From contig CAWCRS010000007.1 of the NCBI GenBank assembly GCA_963798085.1, forward strand, positions 128,001 to 192,000: a DNA stretch of 64,000 nt, in the 5' to 3' direction. Origin of the DNA: an uncultured Gemmatimonadales bacterium (GTDB taxonomy: Bacteria; Gemmatimonadota; Gemmatimonadetes; Longimicrobiales; RSA9). Below are positions 27,569 to 38,074 of the stretch, one piece after another. The translations under genes and the position numbers were made by a program. The first letter of the stretch is position 1. Each line of letters opens with the position of its first letter. The notes beneath the pieces are model-generated. The model saw only the letters and a program-made list of their open reading frames with translations, was not told where the DNA came from and ran no database searches.

Positions 27569-30500
27569 CTAACCGACTGTTTCGGCGGTGGCGCGCTCCC
27601 GGCGCTGCGCGTGGGCCGGGAGCGGGGCATGCATTGGCGTCTCCTGCAGGAGCGCCAGCACGCCGGCCAGCGGTATGTCCAGCCAGTCGGGCCGGTTGCC
27701 CAGCTCGTAACGCACTTCGTAGAAGGCTTTCTCCACGGCAAAGAAGCGCACCACACGCGTTGCCGTGCTGCGGGCTGGAAAGCCCGGCAACGCGCTCATG
27801 GCGGCGAAGTAGGCATTGAGCAAGGCGGCCTCGATCTGGCGCAGCCGATGGCGGGCATGGGCCGCGAGGCGCTCCGTGTCATGCGTGACGCCGGACTGCA
27901 CGCGGCGCAACGCGGTCTGCGCGGCATAATCGAAGGAACGCAGCAGGCCGCCCACATCCCGCAGTGGCGAGTGTTTGCGGCGCCGTTGCTCATTGCTGCG
28001 CAGCGGCTCACCCTCGAAGTCGATGATCACGAAATCGTCGTTCACCAGCAGGACCTGACCGAGATGGAAGTCGCCATGATGCCGCGTCAGGGGCAGTGTG
28101 CCATGGCCAGGCAGCAGGGCGCGGGCCCGCCGGGCGAGCTGCGGGCCCGCCTCGAGCAGATTCTCGGCCAGCGGCCGCGCCGCTGGTGACAGCATGTCGA
28201 GGGCGGACTCGAGCATGACCAGCGTGCGCCCGGCTTCCGACTCGAGGTTGGCGGCCCAGCAATCGAAGTCTGCGTTCGTCGCCAGTTCCGGATCGAACCC
28301 CGCATCACCGGTGTGCTGCGCCAGCGCCAGGTGCAGTGCCGCCGTGCGCGCTCCCAGTCTGCGGATCCGCTCGATGAAGCCCTCGTGACGATGCTCGACA
28401 CGGGCTTGCAGCCGCTCGTGCTCGAGGTCGTGCACGAAGTACTCGACGGTCCAGGTCCAGGCGTCGCCCTGGTTCTCGACATAGCCCTGCAGCAGCGCCA
28501 GTACTGTCGGCGTGCCATCCGCGGCGATGCTCTCCAGCGCGCCGGCGACGGGCACAATATGGTCGCAGGGCACGCGCTCGGTGAGGAATCGGCCCACCTC
28601 CAGCTCGCTGTTGCTGCCGGCATGCAGGCGACGCAATCCCTTCAGCAGCACGCGATCGTCGATGATGACAACGCTGTTACTGCCCTCGACGTGCGGGCGC
28701 CGCAGTCCCGGCTCGGGACTGGCGTGCGCAGCCAGGCGGTCGAGGGCACTGGTGCGCGAGAAACGCAGCTGGCCCGCGCCGAAAGGCACCGTCTCCGCGG
28801 CCGCCATCGCATCGACCAGCGCCAGGCAGAAGGCGGCATCGGCGAACGCATTGTACAGGATGCCCAGCCGGGAATGGTGGCGCACGCTGGCCAGGGTCAC
28901 GGAACGCAGGCGGCTGGCGCGCTCTTCGTCTTCGCCCCAGGCAAGTGTCAGCGGTACGAAGTAGCGCTCGCTGACGCCGTCGTCGAGCTGCACGTCCACG
29001 ATGCCGAGCAGCCAGCGGCCGCCGTCGCGCGACCACTCCTGCAGGTGCTTCAGCGTGACGGAGCGCATGGTCTTGTGTTTGGCGCCGAACCAGCGCTGCG
29101 CGGTGAGGAATGGCGGCAGCACTTCCTGCTCGAGCTGTTCGCGCAGATGCTCCGCAAGGCCTCGCCGTGCGGGCGCCACCTCGTCGGGGAAGAATGTCTG
29201 CCAGCCTTCGGCCAGCACCAGCGCGGGCATCTCGCTGGGGCGGATCCACGCCTCGTGCCAGGGCGGAACCTCGGCTTCGGTGGCGAGACGGAACCAGTAC
29301 ACGCCGTAGCCGGGCAGGGTCAGCAGGTATGGCAATTCACCGACGGGCGGGAACGAAGTCGATCCCATCAGCTCGACGGGAACACGACCATTGAAGGCGC
29401 GCAGATCCAGCTCGACGGGCTGCGCCGAGCGGGCCAGGTTGGCGACGCACAGGATCACGTCATCCTCATACGAGCGCAGATATGCGAGCACCTTGCGATT
29501 GCCCGGTCGCAGGAACTCAATGCTGCCTCTCCCGAAGGCCGGGTGCTCGCGGCGCACGCCGATGAGACGACGCATCCAGTTGAGCTGCGATGACGGATCC
29601 CTCGACTGCGATTCCACATTCACGGACTCGTAGCCGTAGACGGGATCCATGATGGGTGGCAGATAGAGGCGTTGCGGATCGGCGCGCGAGAAGCCGGCGT
29701 TGCGGTCGGGACTCCACTGCATGGGTGTGCGCACGCCATCGCGGTCGCCCAGGAAGATGTTGTCGCCCATGCCGATCTCATCGCCGTAGTAGACGATGGG
29801 CGAGCCGGGCATGGACATTAACAGCGAGTTCATGAGCCGGATGCGGCCCAGGTCGTTCTCCATCAGGGGCGCGAGCCGCCGGCGGATGCCGACGTTCACG
29901 CGCATGCGCGGGTCGGTTGCGTACTGGCGGTACATGTAGTCGCGCTCGCGGTCGGTCACCATCTCGAGCGTCAGCTCATCGTGATTGCGCAGGAAGATGG
30001 CCCACTGGCAGGACCCCGGGATGGCAGGCGTCTGGCGCATGATGTCGACTATGGGGTGGCGGTCTTCCAGCGCCACCGCCATGTACATGCGCGGCATGAG
30101 CGGGAAATGGTATGCCATGTGGCACTCATCGCCCTGGCCGAAATACTCGCGCACATCCTCGGGCCACTGATTGGCTTCGGCCAGCAGCATGCGGTCGCCG
30201 TAGTGCCGGTCGACGAACGCGCGCAGGTCGCGCACCACTTCGTGGGTCTCCGGCAGGTTCTCGTTGCTGGTGCCGTCGCGCTCGCAGAGGTAGGGGATGG
30301 CGTCCAGGCGCAGACCGTCGACGCCCATGTCCAGCCAGAAGCGCATCACGCCCTTCACGGCGCGCACCACCTGCGGATTATTGAAATTCAGGTCGGGCTG
30401 ATGCGCGAAGAAGCGGTGCCAGTAGTACGAGCGGGCCACCGGATCCCACGCCCAGTTGGAAGACTCCGTGTCGGTGAAGATAATGCGTGTGTCGCGCCAC

Positions 30501-30937
30501 TTCTGGTCGCTGTCGCTCCACACGTAGTAATTGCGACGGGCGGATCCGGGTGCGGCGCGTCTCGCCTGCTGGAACCAGCGGTGCTCGTCGGACGTGTGAT
30601 TGATGACCAGCTCCGTGATGACGCGCATGCCGCGGCGGTGCGCCTCGCGCACGAACTGGCGGAAATCGCGCAGGCGGCCGTAGCCCGGGTGTATGCTGCG
30701 ATAATCGGCAATGTCGTAACCGTCATCGCGCATGGGCGACGGATAGAAGGGCAGCAGCCACAGCGTGTTGACGCCCAGGTCGCGCAGATAGTCGAGGCGG
30801 GTCGTGAGTCCGGGAAAGTCGCCGATGCCATCGGCGTTGGTATCGAAGAACGCCTTGACGTGCAGCTGATAGATGATCGCGTCGCGATACCACAGTCGAT
30901 CGGTGTGCGCGTCGAAGGGTGACGGAGGACTCGCCAT
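27569..30937 (-). CDS. treS: Trehalose synthase TreS fused to maltokinase (Mak/Pep2)
   Basis: GH13 motifs LRLDAIPYL, AEANQW, FLRNHDELTLEM; kinase motifs HGDFHLGQVL and IIDFEGEP. Confidence 0.95.
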   Translation of the reverse strand: MASPPSPFDAHTDRLWYRDAIIYQLHVKAFFDTNADGIGDFPGLTTRLDYLRDLGVNTLWLLPFYPSPMRDDGYDIADYRSIHPGYGRLRDFRQFVREAHRRGMRVITELVINHTSDEHRWFQQARRAAPGSARRNYYVWSDSDQKWRDTRIIFTDTESSNWAWDPVARSYYWHRFFAHQPDLNFNNPQVVRAVKGVMRFWLDMGVDGLRLDAIPYLCERDGTSNENLPETHEVVRDLRAFVDRHYGDRMLLAEANQWPEDVREYFGQGDECHMAYHFPLMPRMYMAVALEDRHPIVDIMRQTPAIPGSCQWAIFLRNHDELTLEMVTDRERDYMYRQYATDPRMRVNVGIRRRLAPLMENDLGRIRLMNSLLMSMPGSPIVYYGDEIGMGDNIFLGDRDGVRTPMQWSPDRNAGFSRADPQRLYLPPIMDPVYGYESVNVESQSRDPSSQLNWMRRLIGVRREHPAFGRGSIEFLRPGNRKVLAYLRSYEDDVILCVANLARSAQPVELDLRAFNGRVPVELMGSTSFPPVGELPYLLTLPGYGVYWFRLATEAEVPPWHEAWIRPSEMPALVLAEGWQTFFPDEVAPARRGLAEHLREQLEQEVLPPFLTAQRWFGAKHKTMRSVTLKHLQEWSRDGGRWLLGIVDVQLDDGVSERYFVPLTLAWGEDEERASRLRSVTLASVRHHSRLGILYNAFADAAFCLALVDAMAAAETVPFGAGQLRFSRTSALDRLAAHASPEPGLRRPHVEGSNSVVIIDDRVLLKGLRRLHAGSNSELEVGRFLTERVPCDHIVPVAGALESIAADGTPTVLALLQGYVENQGDAWTWTVEYFVHDLEHERLQARVEHRHEGFIERIRRLGARTAALHLALAQHTGDAGFDPELATNADFDCWAANLESEAGRTLVMLESALDMLSPAARPLAENLLEAGPQLARRARALLPGHGTLPLTRHHGDFHLGQVLLVNDDFVIIDFEGEPLRSNEQRRRKHSPLRDVGGLLRSFDYAAQTALRRVQSGVTHDTERLAAHARHRLRQIEAALLNAYFAAMSALPGFPARSTATRVVRFFAVEKAFYEVRYELGNRPDWLDIPLAGVLALLQETPMHAPLPAHAQRRERATAETVG

Positions 30938-30943
30938 GTGCCT

Positions 30944-33004
30944 CTACAGGAAGTATTCGAAGTCGCGCTCGGTGCGCAGACGGTGCCGCACGCGGAAGAT
31001 GTGAGCCGGCATGATGGCCGGATCGAGCGCGACGTAGTTGCGATGGCCCTGCCAGAGATAGCGGGCATCACTCAGCAGATCGTGCATCTGGTAGGGCCGA
31101 TCCGGCGTCAGCCCGAGCTGCTCGAGCGGCAGCTCCAGGAACGCGGTCTGGGCGTGGTGCGGATCCAGATTGACCACTACGATCAGCGTGTTATCCAGAT
31201 CCGGCGTGGCCTTGGCCCACGCGATCATCGCGGGATTGTCAATGTTCAGCAGCCTGAGGTTCCAGTCATTGTGCAGCGCCGGATTCTCGCGGCGGATGCG
31301 ATTGACGCGCGCAATGAAGGCGCCCAGGCTGTCGTCGCGATCGACCGGCCAGTCGCGTAACTGGTACTTCTCGGAATCGCGGTACTCCTCGGAACCCGGC
31401 TGCCGCGGCGCGCTGTCGCACAGCTCGAAGGCCGGGCCATAGATGCCGTAACTCGCGGCCAGGGTGGCGGCCAGCGTGAAACGCACGAGGAAGGCCGGGC
31501 GTCCGCCGAACTGCAGATACTCCGTGAGAATGTCGGGCGTGTTGGGCCAGAGGTTGGGCCGCATGTACTCGCGGCCCTGGCCGTGCATCAGCTCGCGGAT
31601 GTAGAGGGCCAGCTCTTCCGCCGTGTTGCGCCATGTGAAGTACGTGTACGACTGATTGAAGCCCACCCGGGAAAGGCGGTGCATGATGCGCGGCCGCGTG
31701 AACGCCTCGGACAGGAAGATCACATCGGGGTAGCGATCGCGCAGCGAGCCCAGCGCCCATTCCCAGAACGGGAACGGCTTGGTGTGCGGATTGTCGACGC
31801 GAAAAATGCGCACACCCTCGTCGACCCAGAACTGGAACACGCTTTCCAGCTCCCGCCACAGCCCGGCCCAGTCTTCGCTCTCGAAATCGAAGGGGTAGAT
31901 GTCCTCGTATTTCTTGGGCGGGTTCTCCGCGAACTGGATGGTCCCGTCCGGGCAATGGCGGAACCAGTCCGGATGCTGCTTCACGTACGGGTGGTCCGGC
32001 GAGCACTGGAAGGCAATGTCGAGGGCCAGCTCCATGCCCCGCTCGCGCACACGTTCCTGGAACCAGCGGAAGTCATCGATGGTGCCCAGCTGCGGGTGCA
32101 AGGCTTTGTGGCCGCCATCCACGCCGCCAATGGCCCACGGGCTGCCCGGGTCAGCGGGCCCCGCTATCAGCGTGTTATTGGGGCCCTTGCGGTGCGCGAG
32201 GCCGATCGGATGTATGGGCGGCAGGTACACCACATCGAAGCCCAGCCCGGCTACGTAGTCCAGCCGTGATTCGCAGTCGCGGAACGTGCCGTGCACACCG
32301 GTCGGGCCGCAGGAGCGCGGAAAGAATTCGTACCACGCGCCGAAGCGCGCGCGCTCGCGATCCACGAGCACGATCAGTTCGCGCTGGTAGCGCGTCACGA
32401 AGCGCGGCTCGGCATACTGCAGCACCAGCTGCTCGAGCGCATCATCGAGTGCCGTCTGGCGGCGAATGGCGAGGTCGACGTCGCTGTTCAGGAGTGCGAC
32501 GTTGTAGCGGCGGAGCGTGCGTGCATCCTCACCGGCGGCGCGCGCCCCGGCGGCCGCGACCATGTCGGCGCCGATCAGGAGAGCCACGGCAATGTCCGCC
32601 CTGTCCACGCGCTTCTTCAGATCCAGGCGCCAGGTCAGGAAAGGATCCACCCATGCTTCCAGCGTATAGCGGTGGCGGCCCAGGGCCGGCACGCGGAACG
32701 AGCCTCGCCAGCGGTCATTGACCAGTGCGGTCATGCGCACGCGCGTCCATTCCGTTTCCTGCGCGTGCCGGTGCAGCAGTGTGCAGACGATGGCGTCGTG
32801 GCCATCGACGAAGACGTCGGCCTCGACCGTGACGCTTTCCCCAACCGTGCGTTTGATGGGAAAGCGACCCGCTTCGATCTCGGGCGTCACACCCTCAATG
32901 ACCACACGGCAGCGGCCCTCGTCGGGCAGCGGTCGCAGTCCGTCGCGCGCTTCGCGAACCAGTGTGCGCGTGCGCTCCCGGGTGGGCTCGACGGCCCGCG
33001 CCAT
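30944..33004 (-). CDS. glgE: Alpha-1,4-glucan:maltose-1-phosphate maltosyltransferase
   Basis: WYEFFPRS, AENPPKKYEDIYP, FRVDNPHTKP, FLSEAFTRP, WPNTPDIL. Confidence 0.95.
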   Translation of the reverse strand: MARAVEPTRERTRTLVREARDGLRPLPDEGRCRVVIEGVTPEIEAGRFPIKRTVGESVTVEADVFVDGHDAIVCTLLHRHAQETEWTRVRMTALVNDRWRGSFRVPALGRHRYTLEAWVDPFLTWRLDLKKRVDRADIAVALLIGADMVAAAGARAAGEDARTLRRYNVALLNSDVDLAIRRQTALDDALEQLVLQYAEPRFVTRYQRELIVLVDRERARFGAWYEFFPRSCGPTGVHGTFRDCESRLDYVAGLGFDVVYLPPIHPIGLAHRKGPNNTLIAGPADPGSPWAIGGVDGGHKALHPQLGTIDDFRWFQERVRERGMELALDIAFQCSPDHPYVKQHPDWFRHCPDGTIQFAENPPKKYEDIYPFDFESEDWAGLWRELESVFQFWVDEGVRIFRVDNPHTKPFPFWEWALGSLRDRYPDVIFLSEAFTRPRIMHRLSRVGFNQSYTYFTWRNTAEELALYIRELMHGQGREYMRPNLWPNTPDILTEYLQFGGRPAFLVRFTLAATLAASYGIYGPAFELCDSAPRQPGSEEYRDSEKYQLRDWPVDRDDSLGAFIARVNRIRRENPALHNDWNLRLLNIDNPAMIAWAKATPDLDNTLIVVVNLDPHHAQTAFLELPLEQLGLTPDRPYQMHDLLSDARYLWQGHRNYVALDPAIMPAHIFRVRHRLRTERDFEYFL

Positions 33005-34953
33005 CACTTCTCTCCCGGTCGGAAAAGCACCACCGCCAGCGGCGGCAGTGTCAGTGTCAGTGACTGGAACTGGCCGTGCGCGGGCACCGGCACCGCGTCG
33101 ACGCCCCCGAGATTGCCCTGGCCGCTGCCACCATAGAGCGGAGCATCGGAATTCAGCAGCTCGCGCCAGTGGCCGTCCTGCGGCACGCCCACGCGATAAT
33201 TGTGGCGCGGGACGGGCGTGAAATTGCAGACGACGAGCACCGTGTCATCCGCAGCGTGCCCCCGACGCAGGAAGGCGAGGACGCTCTTTTCGGAGTCATT
33301 CACGTCCAGCCACTGAAAACCATCATTGCTGAAATCGCGCTGATAGAGCGCCGGCTGGGCGCGGTAGAGGGCGTTCAGGTCGCGCAGCCAGCGCAGCGCC
33401 TGCGCGTGCGGCTGCTGCTCCAGCAGGTGCCAGTCCAGGCTCTGCTCGTGGTTCCATTCGTTCCACTGCCCGAATTCGCCGCCCATGAACAGCAGCTTCT
33501 TGCCCGGGTGCGTCCACATGTAGCCGAAGAGCAGACGCAGGTTGGCGAAGCGCTGCCAGTCATCGCCGGGCATGCGTCGCAGCAGTGAGCCTTTGCCGTA
33601 GACCACCTCATCGTGGGACAGAGGTAACACGAAGTTTTCGTGGAAGGCGTACCAGATGCTGAAGGTCAGCTGGGCATGGTGAAAGCGACGATGCACGGGA
33701 TCGCGTGACAGGTAGGCCAGCGTGTCGTGCATCCAGCCCATGTTCCACTTCATGCCGAAGCCCAGCCCGCCCAGATACGTGGGGCGCGACACCATGGGCC
33801 AGGCGGTGGATTCCTCGGCAATGATCTGCGTGCCGGGGAACGCGGTGTAGCAGGCCTCGTTGAGCGAGCGCAGGAAGCCGACGGCCTCGAGGTTCTCCTT
33901 GCCGCCGTACTCGTTGGGGATCCATTCGCCGGCCTTGCGCCCGTAATCGAGATAGAGCATGGACGCGACGGCATCGACGCGCAAACCATCCGCGTGATAC
34001 CGGTCCAGCCAGAAGAGCGCGCTGCTGGTCAGGAAGGAGCGCACCTCGTGGCGGCCATAGTTGAAGAGGTGCGACTTCCACTCGGGATGAAAGCCCAGGC
34101 GTTTGTCACTGTGCTCGTAGAGCCAGGAGCCGTCGAAGAACGCGAGACCGTGCTCATCGGACGGGAAATGGCTGGGCACCCAGTCGAGGATCACGCCAAT
34201 GCCATGGCGGTGCAGCTGATCGACGAGGAACATGAAATCCTGTGGCGAGCCGTAGCGGCTGCTGGGTGCGAAGTAGCCTACCGTCTGATAGCCCCAGGAG
34301 CCGTAGAAGGGGTGCTCCATGACGGGCATCAGCTCGACGTGTGTGAAGCCATTCTCGAGAACGTATTCGGGAAGCTGGCGGGCCAGCTCACGGTAGGTCA
34401 GAGGCCGATTGCCCTGCTCCGGGACGCGCCGCCAGGACCCCAGGTGGACTTCGTAGATGGAACACGGCGCATCGAGCGCATTGTGGGTGCGGCGCTTCGT
34501 CATCCATTCGTCGTCGCCCCACGTGTAGGACAGATCCCAGACCACCGAGGCCGTGCGTGGCGGCACTTCCCAGCGGAACGCGAACGGATCGCCCTTGTCT
34601 ACCTGAAACCCGCGATGCTTCGATTTGAGGTGATACTTGTAGGCAGTGCCCGGCTCGAGATTCTCCACGAACGATTCCCAGATACCGGAGCCGTCCGCAC
34701 GCGGCTCCATGGGATGGGCCGTGCCGTCCCAGTCGTTGAAGTCACCAATGACCGCGGCGTGCTCGGCATCGGGCGCCCAGACCGTGAATTGCACACCCCG
34801 AACACCCTGAACACCGCGGTTATCTGATGCAAGGAGGTGGGCACCGAGTTTGTCGAACAACCGGAAGTGGCTGCCTTCTCTGAAGAGATAGACGTCGTGG
34901 TCGGTGAGGAGACTGGCGTCGTCGTGGACAGTGTGCTGGGTTCCCCGATTCAT
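33004..34953 (-). CDS. glgB: 1,4-alpha-glucan branching enzyme
   Basis: YEVHLGSW, EHPFYGSWGYQ, LRVDAVASMLY, AEESTAWP, LSHDEVV. Confidence 0.96.
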   Translation of the reverse strand: MNRGTQHTVHDDASLLTDHDVYLFREGSHFRLFDKLGAHLLASDNRGVQGVRGVQFTVWAPDAEHAAVIGDFNDWDGTAHPMEPRADGSGIWESFVENLEPGTAYKYHLKSKHRGFQVDKGDPFAFRWEVPPRTASVVWDLSYTWGDDEWMTKRRTHNALDAPCSIYEVHLGSWRRVPEQGNRPLTYRELARQLPEYVLENGFTHVELMPVMEHPFYGSWGYQTVGYFAPSSRYGSPQDFMFLVDQLHRHGIGVILDWVPSHFPSDEHGLAFFDGSWLYEHSDKRLGFHPEWKSHLFNYGRHEVRSFLTSSALFWLDRYHADGLRVDAVASMLYLDYGRKAGEWIPNEYGGKENLEAVGFLRSLNEACYTAFPGTQIIAEESTAWPMVSRPTYLGGLGFGMKWNMGWMHDTLAYLSRDPVHRRFHHAQLTFSIWYAFHENFVLPLSHDEVVYGKGSLLRRMPGDDWQRFANLRLLFGYMWTHPGKKLLFMGGEFGQWNEWNHEQSLDWHLLEQQPHAQALRWLRDLNALYRAQPALYQRDFSNDGFQWLDVNDSEKSVLAFLRRGHAADDTVLVVCNFTPVPRHNYRVGVPQDGHWRELLNSDAPLYGGSGQGNLGGVDAVPVPAHGQFQSLTLTLPPLAVVLFRPGEK

Positions 34954-35177
34954 TTCCTCCGTCTGTGGTCAGCCCGACTCACGCCCGCCGCAGCGAGCGC
35001 ACGCCGGGTAGGAATGCGCTCGGACCTATTCGCAAACTGCCCCAATCGGGTGAATTTCGCAACCCCCCGCGGCCTTCGTTCGCCCGGTCCCGGACCGCTT
35101 GCAGAGGGGGGCGCACAGTGATTAATTCGTCGTCTGACAACTCCCCCGGGCACGCCACCGCTCCCCCAGGAGGCTCC

Positions 35178-37518
35178 GTGTTCCGCAATGCTGCGCTCAG
35201 CGTGTGCCTCGGTCTCGCTCTGACATCCGCTGCACGCGCCCAGACTCCCGATTACAGCCGTGCCGAACGTTTTCTCAGCTGGAACACCAGCACCCTGATT
35301 TCCGGCGACCAGGTCGCGCCGCGCTGGATGTTCGGCGGCAATCGCTTCTGGTATCGCAACAAGACCGGATCCGGCTACGAATTCGTGCTGGTCGATCCGG
35401 TACGCAACACGAAAGGACCGCTCTTCGACCAGCTATCGGCTGGCCGCCGCAATGAGCATGGCGAACGACACGTCGTATCTGCCGGACAAGCTGCCCTTCA
35501 GCTCGTTCGACTTCCAGAAGAACGAGACCGCGATCGCGTTCCGCGTGGGGAAGAAGCGCTTCGAGTGCAGCATCCAGGTCTACACCTGCGCCGTGGGTGA
35601 CACGACGTATGACACGGGGCCCTACGTACTGTCGCCGGATTCCGCGTGGGAAGTTTTCTCGGAGGGCTACAACCTGTACCTGCGGCCGCGCGGCGGCGGC
35701 AAGGATTCGGTCCGTCTCACGACCGATGGCGAAGAATATTTCGCGTACGGCATTGGCATGCCACAGCCGCAGACACTGCTCCGCAACCCGCACCCGCACC
35801 AACGTCCCAGCGTGGTGTGGTCGCCGGACTCGAAGAAGATCGTGGTCACACGCACGGATGAGCGACACGTCCTGCACATGCACTACATCTCGTACACTTC
35901 CACGCGGCCACGCCATTTCGAGAAGCCGTACGCGTTGCCCGGCGACTCCATCGTGGCCGTGCCCAGCCTGCACCTGCTCGACCTCACGCAGACGCTGGCC
36001 GCGCTCAAGGCGGACGGTGCGGCCGTACCGCCGCCGGCGAATATGCGCGTCGAGCTGCAGCCCGCGCCCTTCCGCCTGGGCATGAACACATCCGTCCGTG
36101 GATTCGCTGTGGAGCTCGAATTCCGACAGGATCTACGTCACCACGTACACGCGCGGCGCGAAGAAGCTGCTGCTCACGGAGATCGACGCGCACACCGGCG
36201 CGCAGCGCATTCTCGCGGGTGACAGCTCGAAGACCAACGTGATCGGCCAGGAGTACATCGAGCAGAAGAGCTGGTACGTCTCCCGCGACGGCAAGGACGT
36301 GATCTGGTGGTCGGAGCGCGATGGCTGGGCCCACCTCTGGCTCTATGATGGCAATGGCAGCGTGAAGAACGAGATCACGTCCGGCGCCTGGCCCACCGGC
36401 GAGATCGGCACGTGGACGAAGTGAAACGGCAGATCTGGTTCATCGGCCGCGGGCGCGAGCCAGGGTCGCAACATCTACTACGGCTACCTGTACCGGATCA
36501 ACTTCGACGGCACCGGGCTGACGCTGCTCACGCCCGAGGACGGAGACCACGCCATCACGTTCTCGCCCAGCGGCCAGTTCTTCGTGGACAGTACTCGCGC
36601 ATCGAGACGCCGCCCGTGACCGTGCTGCGCCGCGCGCTCGATGGCAGCGTCGTGCGCGAGCTGGAGAAGGCCGACATTTCCCGCCTCGTCGAGATCGGCT
36701 GGAAGCCGGCGCAGGTGTTCTCGGCCAAGGCCCGCGACGGGCTAACAGACATTTACGGCGTCATGTACCTGCCGCCCAACATGGACTCGACGAAGAAGTA
36801 CCCGGTCATCGAGAACATCTACCCGGGCCCGTTCGTGGGCAGCGTGGGCTCATGGTCGTTCAAGTCGGGCGGCGAGCCGTTCGCACTGGCGCAGCTGGGC
36901 TTCGTCGTGGTGCAGATCGATCACATGGGCACGCGCTACCGGTCCAAGGCCTTCCACGACAATTACTACGGCAACATGGCCGACAACGGCATCCCCGACC
37001 ACATTGTCGCCATCAAGCAGCTGGCCTCGCGCTACCCGTTCATCGACATCGACCGCGTCGGCATCTACGGCCATTCGGGCGGCGGCTTCGCATCGACGGA
37101 TGCGATCCTGCGCTATCCGGACTTCTACAAGGTGGCCGTGTCCGGCTCGGGCAATCACGACAACGCGACCTACGGCGATTACTGGGGTGAGACCTACCAG
37201 GGCCTGATGACGAAGGACCCGAAGACCGGCAAGACGAACTACGAGAGTCAGGCCAACCGCCTGGTCGCCGGCAACCTGCAGGGCCACCTGCTGCTCATGA
37301 CCGGCGATGTGGATGACAACGTGCACCCGGCCATGACGATCCAGGTGATCGATGCGCTGATCAAGGCGAACAAGGATTTCGATTTCATCCTGGCGCCCGA
37401 CCGCGGCCATGGTCTGGATGAGCCGTATTTCATCCGCCGCCGCTGGGACTACTTCGTACGTTATCTCATGGGCGCGGAGCCGCCCCACCAGTACGAGATC
37501 AAGCGACCGGGCGGCTGA
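35178..37518 (+). CDS. S9 dipeptidyl peptidase IV-like protein; frameshifted
   Basis: Signal peptide; DPP IV N-terminal propeller (WSPDSKK, WSERDGWAHL); GHSGGG, DDNVH, RGH catalytic triad. Confidence 0.9.
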
Positions 37519-37628
37519 ACGGGGCGGGGCCGGCGTCCCGGCCGGTGCAGCACCGGGCCGGCCGGGATGATCGCGGCCATAACCGTGCGTTAGGGACAGG
37601 CGCGGCCACCACCGGGGCGAGGAGGATC

Positions 37629-38033
37629 ATGGCACGCAACATCGGAGCGCTGCTGGCGGGTCTGCTGCTGAGCGCCGTGGTCGTCTTCTGCGTCGAAGCG
37701 CTGGACGTCCGCCTGTTCCCGCTGCCGCCGGGCATCGACCCGCACGATCCGGAAGCTCTGCGCACAGTGATGGCGCAGATGCCCGTGGCCGCGAAGCTCC
37801 TGTTGCTGGCGGGCTGGATGCTGGCGAGTCTGCTGGGCGGCTGGCTGGCCGCGAAGCTGGCGCGCAGCGCCCGGCGCAGCCACGCCATGGTGGTGGGCGG
37901 GTTCCTCCTGCTGGGCGCGATCGTCAACATGATCTCCATCCCGCATCCGCTCTGGTTCTGGGTGGCCGCGCTGCTGTTCCTGCTGCCGGCCGCATGGCTG
38001 GGCGGCGGGCTGGCGGGCGCAGCCCGTCCATGA
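37629..38033 (+). CDS. Small hypothetical membrane protein
   Basis: GGAGG RBS; 4 hydrophobic helices; IPHPLWF motif. Confidence 0.8.
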   Translation: MARNIGALLAGLLLSAVVVFCVEALDVRLFPLPPGIDPHDPEALRTVMAQMPVAAKLLLLAGWMLASLLGGWLAAKLARSARRSHAMVVGGFLLLGAIVNMISIPHPLWFWVAALLFLLPAAWLGGGLAGAARP

Positions 38034-38074
38034 ACGGGTCCGCTCGAATACCGTGTTAGACCGGTGAACAGGGC

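Noticed and set aside
27569..34953. TreS-maltokinase fusion as a novelty
   Set aside because: It is a well-known arrangement of the GlgE alpha-glucan pathway.
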